DNA of 64,000 nt from the human T2T-CHM13v2.0 reference genome, Homo sapiens. The DNA is taken from assembly GCF_009914755.1 (NCBI RefSeq), contig NC_060941.1. The stretch is one strand, 5' to 3'. This document shows, piece by piece, positions 31,012 through 42,710 of this stretch (its first letter is position 1; each line of letters begins with the position of its first letter). The notes below the pieces were generated by a model, which ran no database searches, was not told the origin of the DNA, and saw only the letters and a program-made list of their open reading frames with translations. The position numbers and the translations under genes are program-made.

Positions 31012-34000
31012 TTACTTGAAAAAAATTAAAAGCCAGCATACCTCCAAATTATTTGAAAATTCTACTGGGAACTTTCAGAAAATCCAAACAGCTGGAAACC
31101 ACTAGTTTAGCCCACTGAGGGTTAGGGTTCCCTGACCCTGGAAAGTGGGAAGTGAAATAGGAGGCTCCTGCCCTCCTGTGGGGCAGTGCAACGCGACCTT
31201 CAGCTGATGCATTTTGGTGGGTTTCAGGCTCCCTCTTCCAAATATGGGGAGACTGGTTTCTGGCCCAACCTCTTCCCAGGAGTGTTCTAAGGATAAAATG
31301 TCACGTACTAAAGAGCTTTGGGAAAGAAGGCGCTCTATAAATATATGAGATTACTGTTCCCAAAGACAGCTGGTGTGTTTTTAGTGGGAAGGGCTGAATG
31401 ATTCCACAGAGACTCAGGACAATTTCTCTGCCAGGGCATCCGGGGAAAATGACCAGCACTACTCATAAAACCTGCAAACTGTTCCACTGATAAGCGGGGC
31501 CAGACAGAGGCAAAGGGTCTCCCAGTGGGGGCTTCACTTTCCTCCCTCAGAGGGCACAGGTCCAAAACGCAACTTGAATTCAGGGAGCCTGGAGTTCTAG
31601 TTTGTGTCTCAGGGACATACCTAGGGACCAACCACAGGTCACCTAACTCTCCGTCATTTAGGTTTTCCCAACTCTAAAAAGTGTGGATGTCTGCTGAGTC
31701 CCCTTTTCACAAGGGTGGTACGAAGCTGTGAGAAAACACATAATCCATTCCTAAATACCTCACTTGATAGATTACCTACCATTCATGTTTAATTCCTGCC
31801 ACCTTAAGTCTTTTTAAAAACAATATGGGACTTCAGTTTCTTTTAATGTTTAACTCCAGAATAGCTTTCCCCATGATCGTACCCCAAATCACACTGCAGC
31901 GGGGCAGTGGGGGCAGGGGGTTACTCCCCTTGCCACAGATGAAAAGGTGAACAGGGAATGAAAAATCATTTTATCATGCATCTGAGCATGAACAGTAAAG
32001 GAGATGGCTCAGATGCTTTGACCAAAATAGCTGTAAGCACCATACACCCCAAACGAAAAACAGTGTCGGGAAATTTGTGTGCCGGTTCCCTCCCTTCGAC
32101 ACATAGCTGAGAATTAACTGCAGATGAAAGTCCTTTGATCTGTAGAAACCTGAGGCATCAGGCCGCCCAGGGTTAGCCATCACCATCACTTTTGTTTGAA
32201 CTTGTCTGGTATTTCACATTTATCAGCCCTATTACAAGTTAACAGTGTTACTGACTTTAGTCAACTTTGACTCTCCCAGTCCCTGTGATCCTGCAGGTAA
32301 GTTGACACCCCAAGCAAGCTGGCAGCTCACAGAACCTTTTCAGGTATCTTCAAGTTGAGCAAAACAATGCCTCCTGTAAAATCTGCTCTTCTTCTATATG
32401 TTCCCTATGGAACTGACCTAGGCAGGAGCAAGGGGCGAAAGGTAGTCAGGCACCCCTTTTCCTGCTTGGCAGTGGAGCCCAAGCTCCAGCTCCTCCTCCT
32501 CCTTTCATCTTCCTACACTCTCCAGCTCAAGCCTCACCTTGCCCAGACACCTTCCTTCGTTGTTATCCCTGCATTTCTGAGATGCAATAATGTGTTTTCC
32601 TGTCTCCCTATTAGACTGTGAAGTCCCTAGAGTGTAAGTTCTAGTCCTACTTAACTTTGAACTCCCAGCATGTTCACAATACATGGCACCCAAAAGGAAG
32701 TAAATGTAAGATGGATGGACAGGGGACTGAACAAATACACTAGAACTGGGCCCCTAGCCCACCCTGGGTAGGACAGGCTTGCTCTACAAGCCATTTCTCT
32801 AATAACAGGTGAGAGCCATGCTGAGCTGCTGAAACCCTGCCTTGCTCATGACTAGTATTAAGCGTTTTTGAGACAACCGGTTGAAAATGGTAGAAGGAAG
32901 AGGTAGAGGGAATTGGTCTGGTAGCTGGGAAGATGTCTCTTAAAACAGGCCCAGATGACAACTGCTTGCACTTGCAGGTCCCCGGCCCTAGTAACATGCT
33001 CTAACCACCTAACCAATCCACAGGAGAAGACAGTTTCGAAGACCCATAAATCTAGTAGGGAAGAAGCTAATTGATGCAACTTTCAGGGTGAAAAAAAAGA
33101 CAGGGGAAAGAGGGTGGAGAAAGGAAGGAAGGAAGTTCAGCCAGATGTACTTAAAGCATCTTCTCTCTCCAGCAGCTCAAAATGATAGGGGGCTTTTGGG
33201 GGCAGGGCTGCAGCGACACCTGGGCCCCCAGAGAGTGAGATGAGCACAAGTGAGGCAGGGCTTGAAAGGCTGGGCGGGGGGTGGCAAGGCAGCCGTTCAG
33301 GAAGGAGGCCGGGCTCCCATCTGGAGAGCCAAGGGGCTGGGGCTGCTGAACAGATGGAGAGAAAGTTGCAGCTGGTGGAAATGCACTTTCATGTGTAAAG
33401 TTTGGTCCTTGGAGGATTGCGATTTCCAACTCTAAAGGCAGCAGTGGGCAGGTGGCTCTGCTCCATACTCCGCCTTTTCCCTCTGCTGCCACTCAGACAA
33501 CTCGACAGTGGCTGTGCCAGGACTCAGCCACCATGACTTCCGCCAGCATCCCTTTCAACAGGCAGAAGCTGGCATGGTGACACCTTGGCACAGCAAAGGA
33601 TGGCAGAGGACTGCAATGCTTCAGCAGCTGGAGGAGGCAGGGGAATAGGAGGGATTAACCCAGCCTCCCTGGAGGGGACCAGGTAGACTGAGAACAGACA
33701 GACAGATGGAGGGGGAATATCAGGAAAAGTACATCACAGACCTTCCAAAGCTGATCATGATGTATGCACTGGGTCTCCACTCTGGTCTTGATAGAGCTGT
33801 GGCTGAAGGGGAGGCAGTGGGGAAATGGCAAAACAGTAGATTCTGAAACTCTGGGTTCGTTTTACCCCAGCCTCAATGAATATTTCTTTTCTGTTTTTGA
33901 TTTTTAGTGGAGACAAGGTCTAACTATGTTGTCTAGGCTGGTCTCAAACTCCTGAACTCAAGTGATCCTGCTGCCTTAGCCTCCCAGAGTGCTGGGATTA

Positions 34001-34435
34001 CAGGTGTGAGCCACTGCACCAGGCCTAAGAAAAAGACAGAACACAACTTTGTTTTTTTAATGAAATATTTGCCCACAGGAGCTTTAGGAGAGGAAGTGAC
34101 TTTTACATTCTCTGGCTCTAATGGACAGCCACCCGTCCTCTAATGGGACCAGCTCTAACGGGACAAGCCTCACCCATCGGAACAGAAGCCATTAGCACAA
34201 TTCTGCGATCTCACAGAGTTCCTCCCTATAATCCTCAGGTTCTTGGAGGAATCGCCCACTCAACCATGCTAACCACACCCGTGAGAGGAGCAGCCTGGGT
34301 AATGAACATCCAGCTCTGCCTCTTCCCTCCCTCTTTTATTTACCATAGACTGCTCCAGGGCATGAAGAACAAAAACCACCACTCTGTCTTGTTAAAATCC
34401 AAGTGCATTTTTTAGAATATGTGATTTTGCTTGAT

Positions 34436-34446
34436 TTTATTTTATT
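34436..34446 (-). terminator. SLC35B1 polyadenylation signal (two overlapping AATAAA)
   Basis: TTTATT on the plus strand at 34436-34441 and 34441-34446, ~115 nt after the stop codon. Confidence 0.85.
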
Positions 34447-34558
34447 AAAAAAGACTGGAACTCAGTCCCATATTCCTATTAAGTCCATTTTCCCAAGAGA
34501 TGTCACTGTTTGAGATAATAACTTAAATATTCTTGATGTGGAGGTAGTCTCTCTCTTC

Positions 34559-34611
34559 CTAGTGGGATGTCTTCTTAGCTCCTTTCCCAAACTTGGCATC
34601 AAGACCAAGAC
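34559..34611 (-). CDS. SLC35B1: SLC35B1 exon 9 coding part ([17 protein letters not shown])
   Basis: ttttcatag| acceptor, TAG stop at 34561-34559, C-terminal dilysine motif. Confidence 0.96.
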
Positions 34612-34908
34612 CTATGAAAAGGAAGAAAATGGGCTTAGCCTTATGGGGGGAAATGAAACTTACCAATGATTGTGGTGGGGTGGGGTAGTCGGCCTTGTAT
34701 CTCCAAAATGGGGGCTTTAAATAAAATACATGTCAGAACACTGGTTTTATGTAACTTCCTCAGAGACAAGAGAATGGCACCAGGATACTAGTTATTACAG
34801 ATATCTGTATCTATATAAATATATCTATATAGAGATACAGATAGATATAGATACATATATAATACAGCAAGACTAAAAGAAATTTAAGAGTCAAAACTTC
34901 TAGGCTAT

Positions 34909-35858
34909 GGCTGAATGTGGTGACTCACACCTGCAATCCCAGCATTTTGGGAGACTGAGGCAGGAGGATCATTTGAGCCCAGGAGTTTAAGGCCAGCCTA
35001 GGCAACACAGCAAGACCCCATCGCTACAAAAAAAAAAAAAAAAAATTGGTCAGGTATTGTGGTACATGCCTATAATCGCAACTACTCGGGAGGCTGTGGT
35101 GGGTGGATCACTTGAGTCCAGGAGATCAAGGTTGCAGTGGACTATGATCATGCCACTACACTCCAGCCTGAGCAACAGAGGGAGACCCTAGGAAGGCTGG
35201 ATTAGAAATAAAGCTTCCTTTTCTCCTTTTATTTTCTTTGGATACAGATTTTCACTCTGTCACCCAGGTGGGAGTGCAGTGGTGTGATCACAGCTCACCT
35301 CAGCCTCCACCTCCTGGGCTCAAACGATCCTCCCACCTCAGCCCCGAGTAGCTGGGACCACAGGCGTCTGCCACCATGCTCAGCTAATTTTTGTATTTTT
35401 TTGCAGAGACAAGGGTCTCATCATGTTGCCCAGGCTGGTCTCGAACTCCTAAACTCAAGCGATACTCCTGCCTCAGCCTCCCAAAGTGTTAGAATTACAG
35501 GCGTGAGCCACCACACTCAGCCTCTTTTCTCTTTTAAAAAAGTTTTCTCTGGGCTGAGCGCGGTGGCTCATGCCTGTAATCCCAGCACTCTGGGAGGCTG
35601 AGGCGGGGGGAATCACCTGAGGTTGGGAGTTCGAGACCAGCCTGACCAACACGGAGAAACCCCATCTCTACTAAAAATACAAAATCATCCGGGCATGGTG
35701 GTGCATGCCTGTAATCCTAGCTACTCCGGATGCTGAGGCAGGAGAATTGCTTGAACCCAGGAGGAGGAGGAGGCTCACCCGATTGGTGAGCTGAGATCGT
35801 ACCACTGCACTCACTCCAGCCTGGGCAACAAGAGCGAAACTCCGTCTCAAAAAAAAGA
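34909..35858. mobile_element. Three Alus (+,-,+) in the last SLC35B1 intron
   Basis: Alu consensus at ~34909-35190 (+), ~35225-35523 (-) and ~35551-35858 (+). Confidence 0.88.
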
Positions 35859-35959
35859 GAAAAGTTTTCTCTAAAATATTTAAACAAATTTCATAAATAT
35901 ACAAGTAAATTTTAGGAGAAAAAATTCAGCTGTCACTGTGTCTCTGTGTGGCCACTTAC

Positions 35960-36113
35960 CCAGGAACACAAGCACAGTGCCCACCCACTGCATGGGGCTG
36001 ATGGGATTGGCGAAGAGGATCACAGAGGCCAAAATTGTGAAGAACTTTCGAGTTGTAGTGATGATGGAGCAGGTCAGGGGACCAAAATACACAACCGTCA
36101 TAAAGATGAAGCT
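35960..36113 (-). CDS. SLC35B1: SLC35B1 exon 8 ([51 protein letters not shown])
   Basis: ctctag| acceptor, |GTAAGT donor; TTRK motif typical of SLC35B. Confidence 0.96.
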
Positions 36114-36289
36114 CTAGAGAAAGATAAAGGTGAGGTCCGGTGGGCTTCTGGGTATCTGCCATTGGTCTAAAGTCTATAAACAGACCTCAGGGCTAATCTT
36201 GCCACCCTCTTCTTCCAGCCAGGCCAGTCTTTCTTAGGGAACCAGCTGCCAGAGTAGGGAAGCCAAGCCATCCCCTTTCAAGCACTCAC

Positions 36290-36396
36290 CTGACCCAGGG
36301 CACTGGTCAGCCCAAAGAGCAGGATGTTATAGATGATGGCAGGGTACCTTTCAGCAAAGCTCAAGAACTCCCAGAGCTCCCCAGTGAACAGGATTC
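36290..36396 (-). CDS. SLC35B1: SLC35B1 exon 7 ([36 protein letters not shown])
   Basis: ttctcag| acceptor, CAG|GTGAGT donor. Confidence 0.96.
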
Positions 36397-36450
36397 CTGA
36401 GAAGACATGTCAACAAATGTACGGCGCATTTTGTGCACACAAAATGTGCG

Positions 36451-36476
<26 letters not shown>
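36451..36476. repeat. (CA)13 microsatellite in SLC35B1 intron 6, ~55 nt from the exon 7 acceptor
   Basis: Seen directly. Confidence 0.92.
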
Positions 36477-36481
<5 letters not shown>

Positions 36482-37199
36482 TCCTGCACATGGCCTGTTA
36501 AAGAACTGCAAGGGAGGTGGGACGCGGGAAAGTGTATGGTGTGGGTTTGCATCGTCTCATCATTGATTCTTCTCATATTTTTCTCTGATTAGAGAAACTA
36601 AAGAGAATTTTGTGAGAAAGGCTTGAAAGTTAATGAGTTACTTCTACCAAAGTGATTACAAGCAGAAATCCTCAGATGCTGTAGAGATGCTGACCCACAC
36701 ATCCTTAGCTCAAGGAAGCCCCTCGCATTAGTCACCTTCAGCCATCAGCAGCCTCCACCATTAACCCCAGTGTGCTGTATAAAAAATACTTTCTACATGT
36801 GCCCAAATTTGAAAAGTTAGGAAGCACTGATTTCAAAGCAAATCATTCACATTTGAACTGTCTTCAGTGTACAGCTAACTCTGTTTCCTGTGAGCACTAC
36901 GTGTGTCTCATTTCCCTCATGAAAGGGAAAGTTCCCAGGTACCTCCCTGTGTTTTACTACTGAGTGTCTTCCCATGACAACTGACACACGACTCTCCTTC
37001 ATTGTGCCAGTAACAAGTAGCAAACAAATCCTGCTGGTGCAGGTTTTTCCAGGAAGGTTTCTCAAGGGCTTGAACAAAAGGGCATCTTGGAACTAATTCA
37101 GGCCCTTGGTCTGGGCAACTAACAGCTAGAGGGATCAAAAGGATGAGGGCAGCCTGCCCTCTGGTGATACATGGGAAGAACAGCAGAACTGGCTCTCAC

Positions 37200-37326
37200 C
37201 CATTCCCAGCAGCAATGTCGACCAAAGGTTGATGTTCAGCATCATGTGGTTGGAGCCTGTTTGGTAATGAGCCCGCATGTGGTCCTGGGAAACACCAGTC
37301 AGTCCATCCAGGGTCAGCGATAATAG
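37200..37326 (-). CDS. SLC35B1: SLC35B1 exon 6 ([42 protein letters not shown])
   Basis: ttcccag| acceptor, |GTGAGA donor. Confidence 0.96.
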
Positions 37327-37629
37327 CTGGGAAAGAAAGGGTGCAGCCTGCAGTGAAGTGGCCAACAGGGCCCTTTCCAAACCCAGGACACAGGATTCTC
37401 ACTCTCAGGCTCCTTGGAAAGCCACTGCCTTTAAAGTCCTCAGAACAAAACGTTGCCATTTGGTCACAGGTGGAAGGTGGGGAGAGACCATGCTCACTAC
37501 CCCCCACCCCCGCCCCCCGGCCCACGCACTGGACTGACAGGCTAACTGAGCTACGTAGTGATTTTGTAATCAGAGTAGAGCAGGAAGCTCACTTCCCAAC
37601 ATACTGGGAGGGGAAAGGTAGTCCCAGCA

Positions 37630-37885
37630 GGTTAGCTTCCTAGCTTGGAGTATAGTGCTCCAGAGACCGGATCCTGTGCTTAGGCTGCCTGGATTGGAAT
37701 CCTGACTCTACCACTTCAAATAGCCAAGTGACCATGGGCAAGCGAGTTAACTTCTCTGTGCCTAGTTTCTTCATCTGTAAAATGGAGATAATACTACATA
37801 TGAGATTATTGTTGTAAAAATTAGTCAATTAACATGTAAAACACTCGGAACAGTGCCTAATGCATACATACCAGCTACTATCATA
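37630..37885 (+). mobile_element. MIR
   Basis: MIR core: aatcctgactctaccact...ggcaagcgagttaacttctctgtgcct.gtttc.tcatctgtaaaatgg. Confidence 0.85.
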
Positions 37886-38223
37886 TTATTTTAAACTCTG
37901 GCTTCCAGGTTTCTTGGAAAGCCACAGTGAGAGACATTATTCCTTCCCTCTTTGCTCTCAGGTCTCTGTGACCTCACACCAGGATTCAGCCACAACCCTC
38001 AGAGTTATCTCTTCTCCAGAATGAGAGCTGAGTTGTAGTTAAATATTTCAGGTTTCCCACTATGGCATTAATAGAGTCAGGGGCCTGCAGCAAAGAGCAG
38101 ATATGGGGACAAGGAGCACCACAACCTCCCTTGACACAGAACTGGCCTTCTACCTGCCTAGGTGAGACTATCCTTTGGTTAAGTTTGCTGGAAAAGGGTG
38201 CCTTCCCCAACAGGATCTCATAC

Positions 38224-38381
38224 CAAGAGTAGCTCTCCATAGCCGACTGTGTGTTCTTCTATCCCAACAACTTTCTTGGGTTTGTACATGAAAAGGGCCA
38301 CTCCAGCCACAATTAACAGCACACACAGGTACTTGGCCAACGGGTACTTCTTCTTCAAGAGGGTCACCCCAAGGAGCATGA
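38224..38381 (-). CDS. SLC35B1: SLC35B1 exon 5 ([34 protein letters not shown]...YGELLL)
   Basis: ctgtag| acceptor, TTG|GTATGA donor; matches ORF 38218..38439. Confidence 0.96.
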
Positions 38382-38965
38382 CTACAGGGAAAAAACAGAG
38401 TGGAAAATTCAGGCATCCATAAGGTATTGATGACCCCAATGCCCTCCCTCCCAGGAACCAAGAAAAGACTCAGGGAGAAAAGAATGACTGAGAAGGAAGG
38501 CTTAGAGAGGACAAAAGGAGGGTGCCAGGCTGGCACCTAGATAAGGATTGAGCAACAGGGTTAAGTATAAGACAGGGAGGAGGTAGAGAACAAAGGTGAA
38601 AAGTCCAGGAAGGGACAGGACAAGGGTAGGGAACAGTGGAGAAGGAAAAGAAGTTGAGATAAAGAAACTGATGATCAAAATGGGAATTAAGTTGTCTAAT
38701 GACAATATAAACACATGCAACACAGAAATGGCTGACCAAGTGAAGCAGGCTAGGTCAGCCTTTAGCTCCTATTAAGGATTACCAGCCTATGAACATCACA
38801 AGAAGTGACACAGATGACAGGATGGGCAGCAGGGAGAGCTGGGGGAAAGTCCCTGGAGACAGCCATGATGGGATGATGAAGCCGAGAGGGACACAGTTGT
38901 AGCAGAGAGAGAGCTTACTATAGGAAGAGTGACGACAGAAGAGGAAGACCATCTTCTTTGCTTAC

Positions 38966-38996
38966 CTGGGATTGGCTTGCAGGATTTACCAAGGAC
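38966..38996 (-). CDS. SLC35B1: SLC35B1 exon 4, 31 nt (VLGKSCKPIP)
   Basis: tttcag| acceptor, CAG|GTAAGC donor; conserved SLC35B KSCK motif. Confidence 0.95.
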
Positions 38997-39304
38997 CTGA
39001 AATTAAATCCAGCAAATAATTTCTGAGCATCTGTGATGTGTCAGGTACTATGCTAGGTACCGCACTGATTAAGATGAGTAAGCACAGGGCCTGCACCAGA
39101 GACCTCAGCCTCAGAAAGCAGCCCTATCATGGCCCAACCCACCACCACTAAACGTAAGTTCTATGGTTCTATACACTCCCAATGTCTTACAGGACCGTTA
39201 TCTTTTTTTTTTTTTTTTTTTTTAACTCACAGACCTGAGGGAAGAACTCTTAGTCCTTTTCAAATGATATCTGAGCCAACCATCATCCCACCCTGAGGTT
39301 TCAC

Positions 39305-39435
39305 CTGAGTTGGGTAGTTGACAAACTGTAGTGCTGAATTGCTGGAGACCATGGCACCCAGATAGGAGATAGAACAGGCAGCATAGAGCCAGCTCCGGGT
39401 ACGATCCACCCTGGCAGTGTCAAAAAACTGGATCA
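39305..39435 (-). CDS. SLC35B1: SLC35B1 exon 3 ([44 protein letters not shown])
   Basis: Long polypyrimidine tract + cccag| acceptor, CAG|GTGAAA donor. Confidence 0.96.
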
Positions 39436-39448
39436 CTGGGAGAAGACA

Positions 39449-39480
<32 letters not shown>

Positions 39481-40064
39481 AAAAAAAAAAACAAGAGAAA
39501 CCTGGTGGGGCTAGGATGGACCACTAAGCAAAGCTGAAGCCACATGAAAGGAACTTGTCTGTCAAACAAGACACAAGCTATTTCTGTCCTGTTACACTGG
39601 GAAATCTCTGAAAATTATTCATCTTTCCAATTCTACCTAAGCCCAACAAAAGACCACATGCAGGGTGGAGGTGGGGGCCTCATTCAGTTCAAGGGACCAG
39701 TCAGCTCTGCTGCTAGTCCCCAGGGAACAAAGAGAGAATGCTCAAAGCATGCTTGAAGCTGACACACAAAAGAAACTCAAAGGGAAAGAAAAAAATGTTT
39801 TAAGTATTTTCAATGGGGATTTGGAATATAGAAGACCCATTCTCTGAACATTTCTAACTCAGAAGCTGATAAAAATTGGGGAAATAATATTTTACTCCAC
39901 TTCAAAGTCATTAGTTTTACAGACTTCACAGAGAGGCTGTGTAAGTACAAAATGGGGTGGAGATCATGAGTTAGCCTTTAAGGTTGAATCAATGCTTAAT
40001 GCCCAGCATACTGAGGGAACTTGGGGTGGTGGGGTACCCAACAAATTACTATCTGGGTACTCAC

Positions 40065-40168
40065 AGATCTTGGCAAACACAGCATTGATCACACATTGAA
40101 TGAAGACCAAAGTTAAGGCAAAGGTGAACGTCTCCTGCTTGGCTCCTTCCCCATACTTTCCTCTTGTT
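40065..40168 (-). CDS. SLC35B1: SLC35B1 exon 2 ([35 protein letters not shown])
   Basis: tttctag| acceptor, |GTGAGT donor, phase consistent with neighbours. Confidence 0.96.
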
Positions 40169-40829
40169 CTAGAAATGAAATGCATGAGAAAAGAGGGAGA
40201 AATTAGTGTATTTCACTCACTGTCATCTAATATATCCCGAGCCACTGAAAACTTTAAAATTATCTTGCCTCTCTGGATGTAGGCAGAGTTTGTTAAGGAC
40301 CACTAGGCTCATTTGCAAAAGGGGCTGATTTTACTGGATCTAGAAACTAGACATCCCAGCCTACTGATTCCAAAGCCTAAGAAAAGAATACCCGAAAAAG
40401 ACGGAGAGGAAACATGCAGAACGAGATAGTGAAATCAGGTACCCCAGGCAGGAGGAGACGGTATTTCGGCTATGGCACCAAGGCCGAGGACGAATAGGTT
40501 GTTTGCAAGCATCTGGGAGTACCAAAAGGGGGCCGACTCGGGTCCTGTTTGAGGAATAGAAGTCTCAGCCTGTAAAACGCAGGCCCTTAGAACCAAGCGG
40601 GGAAAAACAGCTAAGAAAAGAAAATAACCAAGTCCGAAGAATCCAGAAAATAATCCTGGAGTTCTGGAATTCTGGGTAGGCTCAGCCATAGCTGCAAAAG
40701 TAGTAGGGTGCTAAGAGGGCGACAGCCGGGCAGGAGGACAAGAGGAAAGCCCGGGTCCAGAGGCAGAAGGCCCGGGATCCCTGTCACAGGCTGGGGAGAG
40801 AATGTCGGCCCGCCCCCGGGGTCGCTCAC

Positions 40830-40933
40830 ATCTTTTCCTGCAGGATCCCATAGTAAAAATAGCAGACAAAGACACCCAGGAAGCAGAGCGGCAGGCGCAG
40901 CCGGTCGGGCACCAGGGAGCTGCTAGAGGCCAT
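40830..40933 (-). CDS. SLC35B1: SLC35B1 exon 1 coding part (MASSSS...ILQEK)
   Basis: ATG at 40933 and donor AT|GTGAGC at 40830/40829. The frame stays open upstream to an ATG at 41044 (+37 aa). Confidence 0.96.
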
Positions 40934-41333
40934 GAGACGCCCAGAGGAGCCGACTGGAGACCCGCTCACAACCGGCACCCGCAGCAGCGGCGGCGGAGGC
41001 GACAGCTCCAGCCGGACATCGCCGACCGGCGGCAGGGGCCTCATAGGAGCTGCATGCGACCGCTGTCCAGCAGGGCCCAGCAGTCACTACCAGAACTGCC
41101 GGCTCATGGCTGCCAAGGGGGAAACTCCTCAGAACCCAGCAACCACTTCCTAGGAAAGAAAACCCGCCCTGGGACCTTGGCTCCATCCCTGAGGGCCAGG
41201 GGAACCGGCAGCCTCGAGACTGATCCCTCGCCCTGGAGATTTTTCCAATCAGGCAACTCTGAGGACAACTGCGACCCAGAGCACCACAGGGTGTCCTAGA
41301 GCCACCTGGGCGTAGAATAATGACGTATAAGGA

Positions 41334-41352
41334 TGTGGAGGCCACCAATTGG
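41334..41352 (-). promoter_or_regulatory. ERSE-like element CCAAT-N9-CCACA
   Basis: The minus strand reads CCAAT TGGTGGCCT CCACA, with exact 9-nt spacing. Confidence 0.6.
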
Positions 41353-42477
41353 CTGCGCTGTGCGAAGACGGACAGGTAGGCGGGGCGGGAGGAGGTGTGG
41401 TCGGCAGAGCAAATCCAATAGTCTTTTCCGCGGCGGGCGGCCAGGCTTCTGCTGGGTCCTAATGCCAAATTCCTTACTGGAGCTTCAGCGCCGTCTAGCT
41501 GCTGCCCAGCGTCAGCGACTTTACCTGCTCATTACCTAGGCACATCACTAGGCTTCCAAGGGGGAGAGCGGCACAGTAAGTCTCGGCTTGGTCACTTAAA
41601 GGCGGGGTAACCTACCCGTGTCACCCAAGTTCTGAGCCAGAGTTTTCCAGGTCTGGAAACTAGGGATAATTAGTAATAGCCACCTTGTCGCCTCTTGGCT
41701 GTTGTGAGGATCAAATAAGAGTGTTTTGTAAACTGTAAAGTATGCTGTGCAAGCTTAAGGTATTATTAGTCATCACTGTTTGTCAGCCCTGATCTTATTT
41801 CCTCACATCGAGGGGTGGAAATGGAAGCTTACTGAAGTCAGTTTTCTTCCAAGTCTTAACAACTCACCAACAATGGCGCAAACCCTTCGGCCGCGCTCCT
41901 GAATATTTCCCATTAATGAGCTCCTCGTTGGATCCCTTCCTCATGCAAGTGTTGGGTCTTCACTTGCTGGCACGAATTGCCAGGGCAAGACTGACCTCAG
42001 GTCTTCCTACTACTACCTCCAACCCCCTACTTAATTGGCCCAAATCTCCGGCCACCTGGTGGACTCTGGGCTGCTCTCTAGGTCGAGGCTCCTCTTCTAG
42101 CAGCCTGCTCTTTTGGCACAGCCTCAGGCAAAGGAAGGAAATACTGGGCAGCACCACACCCATCGCTCCGGGCCTGACTCAATAAGGCTTTGCGGGGGAG
42201 CCAGAAGTCTTTTAGAGGGAGGAGTAAGGGATAGAAGATAGGGTGTCCCCAGCCCACTGTCTCCTCGATATTAGTGGCATGGGAAAGCCCCATACATTTG
42301 CTCTCTTGCTCACTAGCTTACTCTACTGGCTCAGCCCGCGATGCCAGGGCACCAAATAGCTGGGAAGAGAGACCTGCCAGCTCTACTTCTTTACCAGCTG
42401 GGACCTCAAACAATTCGCTTGTCCTGAGTCGAGTTTCCTCACGTGAAATTAATGGGAATATAATAACAAGCAGGAGA

Positions 42478-42710
42478 GCGCTGTGGTTAGAAACATGGGC
42501 ACTGGATTCAAATGATCAGGTTTCCAATCCTAGCTCTCCCACTTCATATCTGTGTCTTTTGGGGAAAGTTATTCGATCTATTTGTCCTTTCCTGATTATA
42601 CAGTGGGACTTACCATATTTCTCTTACTGGGTGGTTGTCATATTTCAATAACACTTTATGTAAAGCACTTAACATGGTAGCTGGTTCTTACCAGCCCAAT
42701 GAATGGTGGT
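42478..42710 (+). mobile_element. MIR (degenerate)
   Basis: gtggttaga..catgggc.ctgga...aatcctagctct...tgtaaagcacttaaca. Confidence 0.65.

Larger units (their letters stand above)
34420..41044 (-). other. SLC35B1: SLC35B1 gene span (9 exons; ER nucleotide/ATP-ADP transporter AXER, UAA family)
   Basis: Nine GT-AG-bounded exons (104+104+131+31+158+127+107+154+53 = 969 nt) join in frame to 322 aa, [34 protein letters not shown]...[10 protein letters not shown]. Confidence 0.97.
40700..41520. promoter_or_regulatory. CpG island / SLC35B1 promoter
   Basis: CpG-rich. CCAAT boxes (41245, 41345/41348, 41415), GC box at ~41379-41390, TGACGT at 41321-41326. Confidence 0.85.

Noticed and set aside
34802-34843. 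Quasi-palindrome TATCTGTATC...GATACAGATA in SLC35B1 intron 8
   Set aside because: Degenerate (TA)/(GATA) low-complexity sequence, which is self-complementary by composition.
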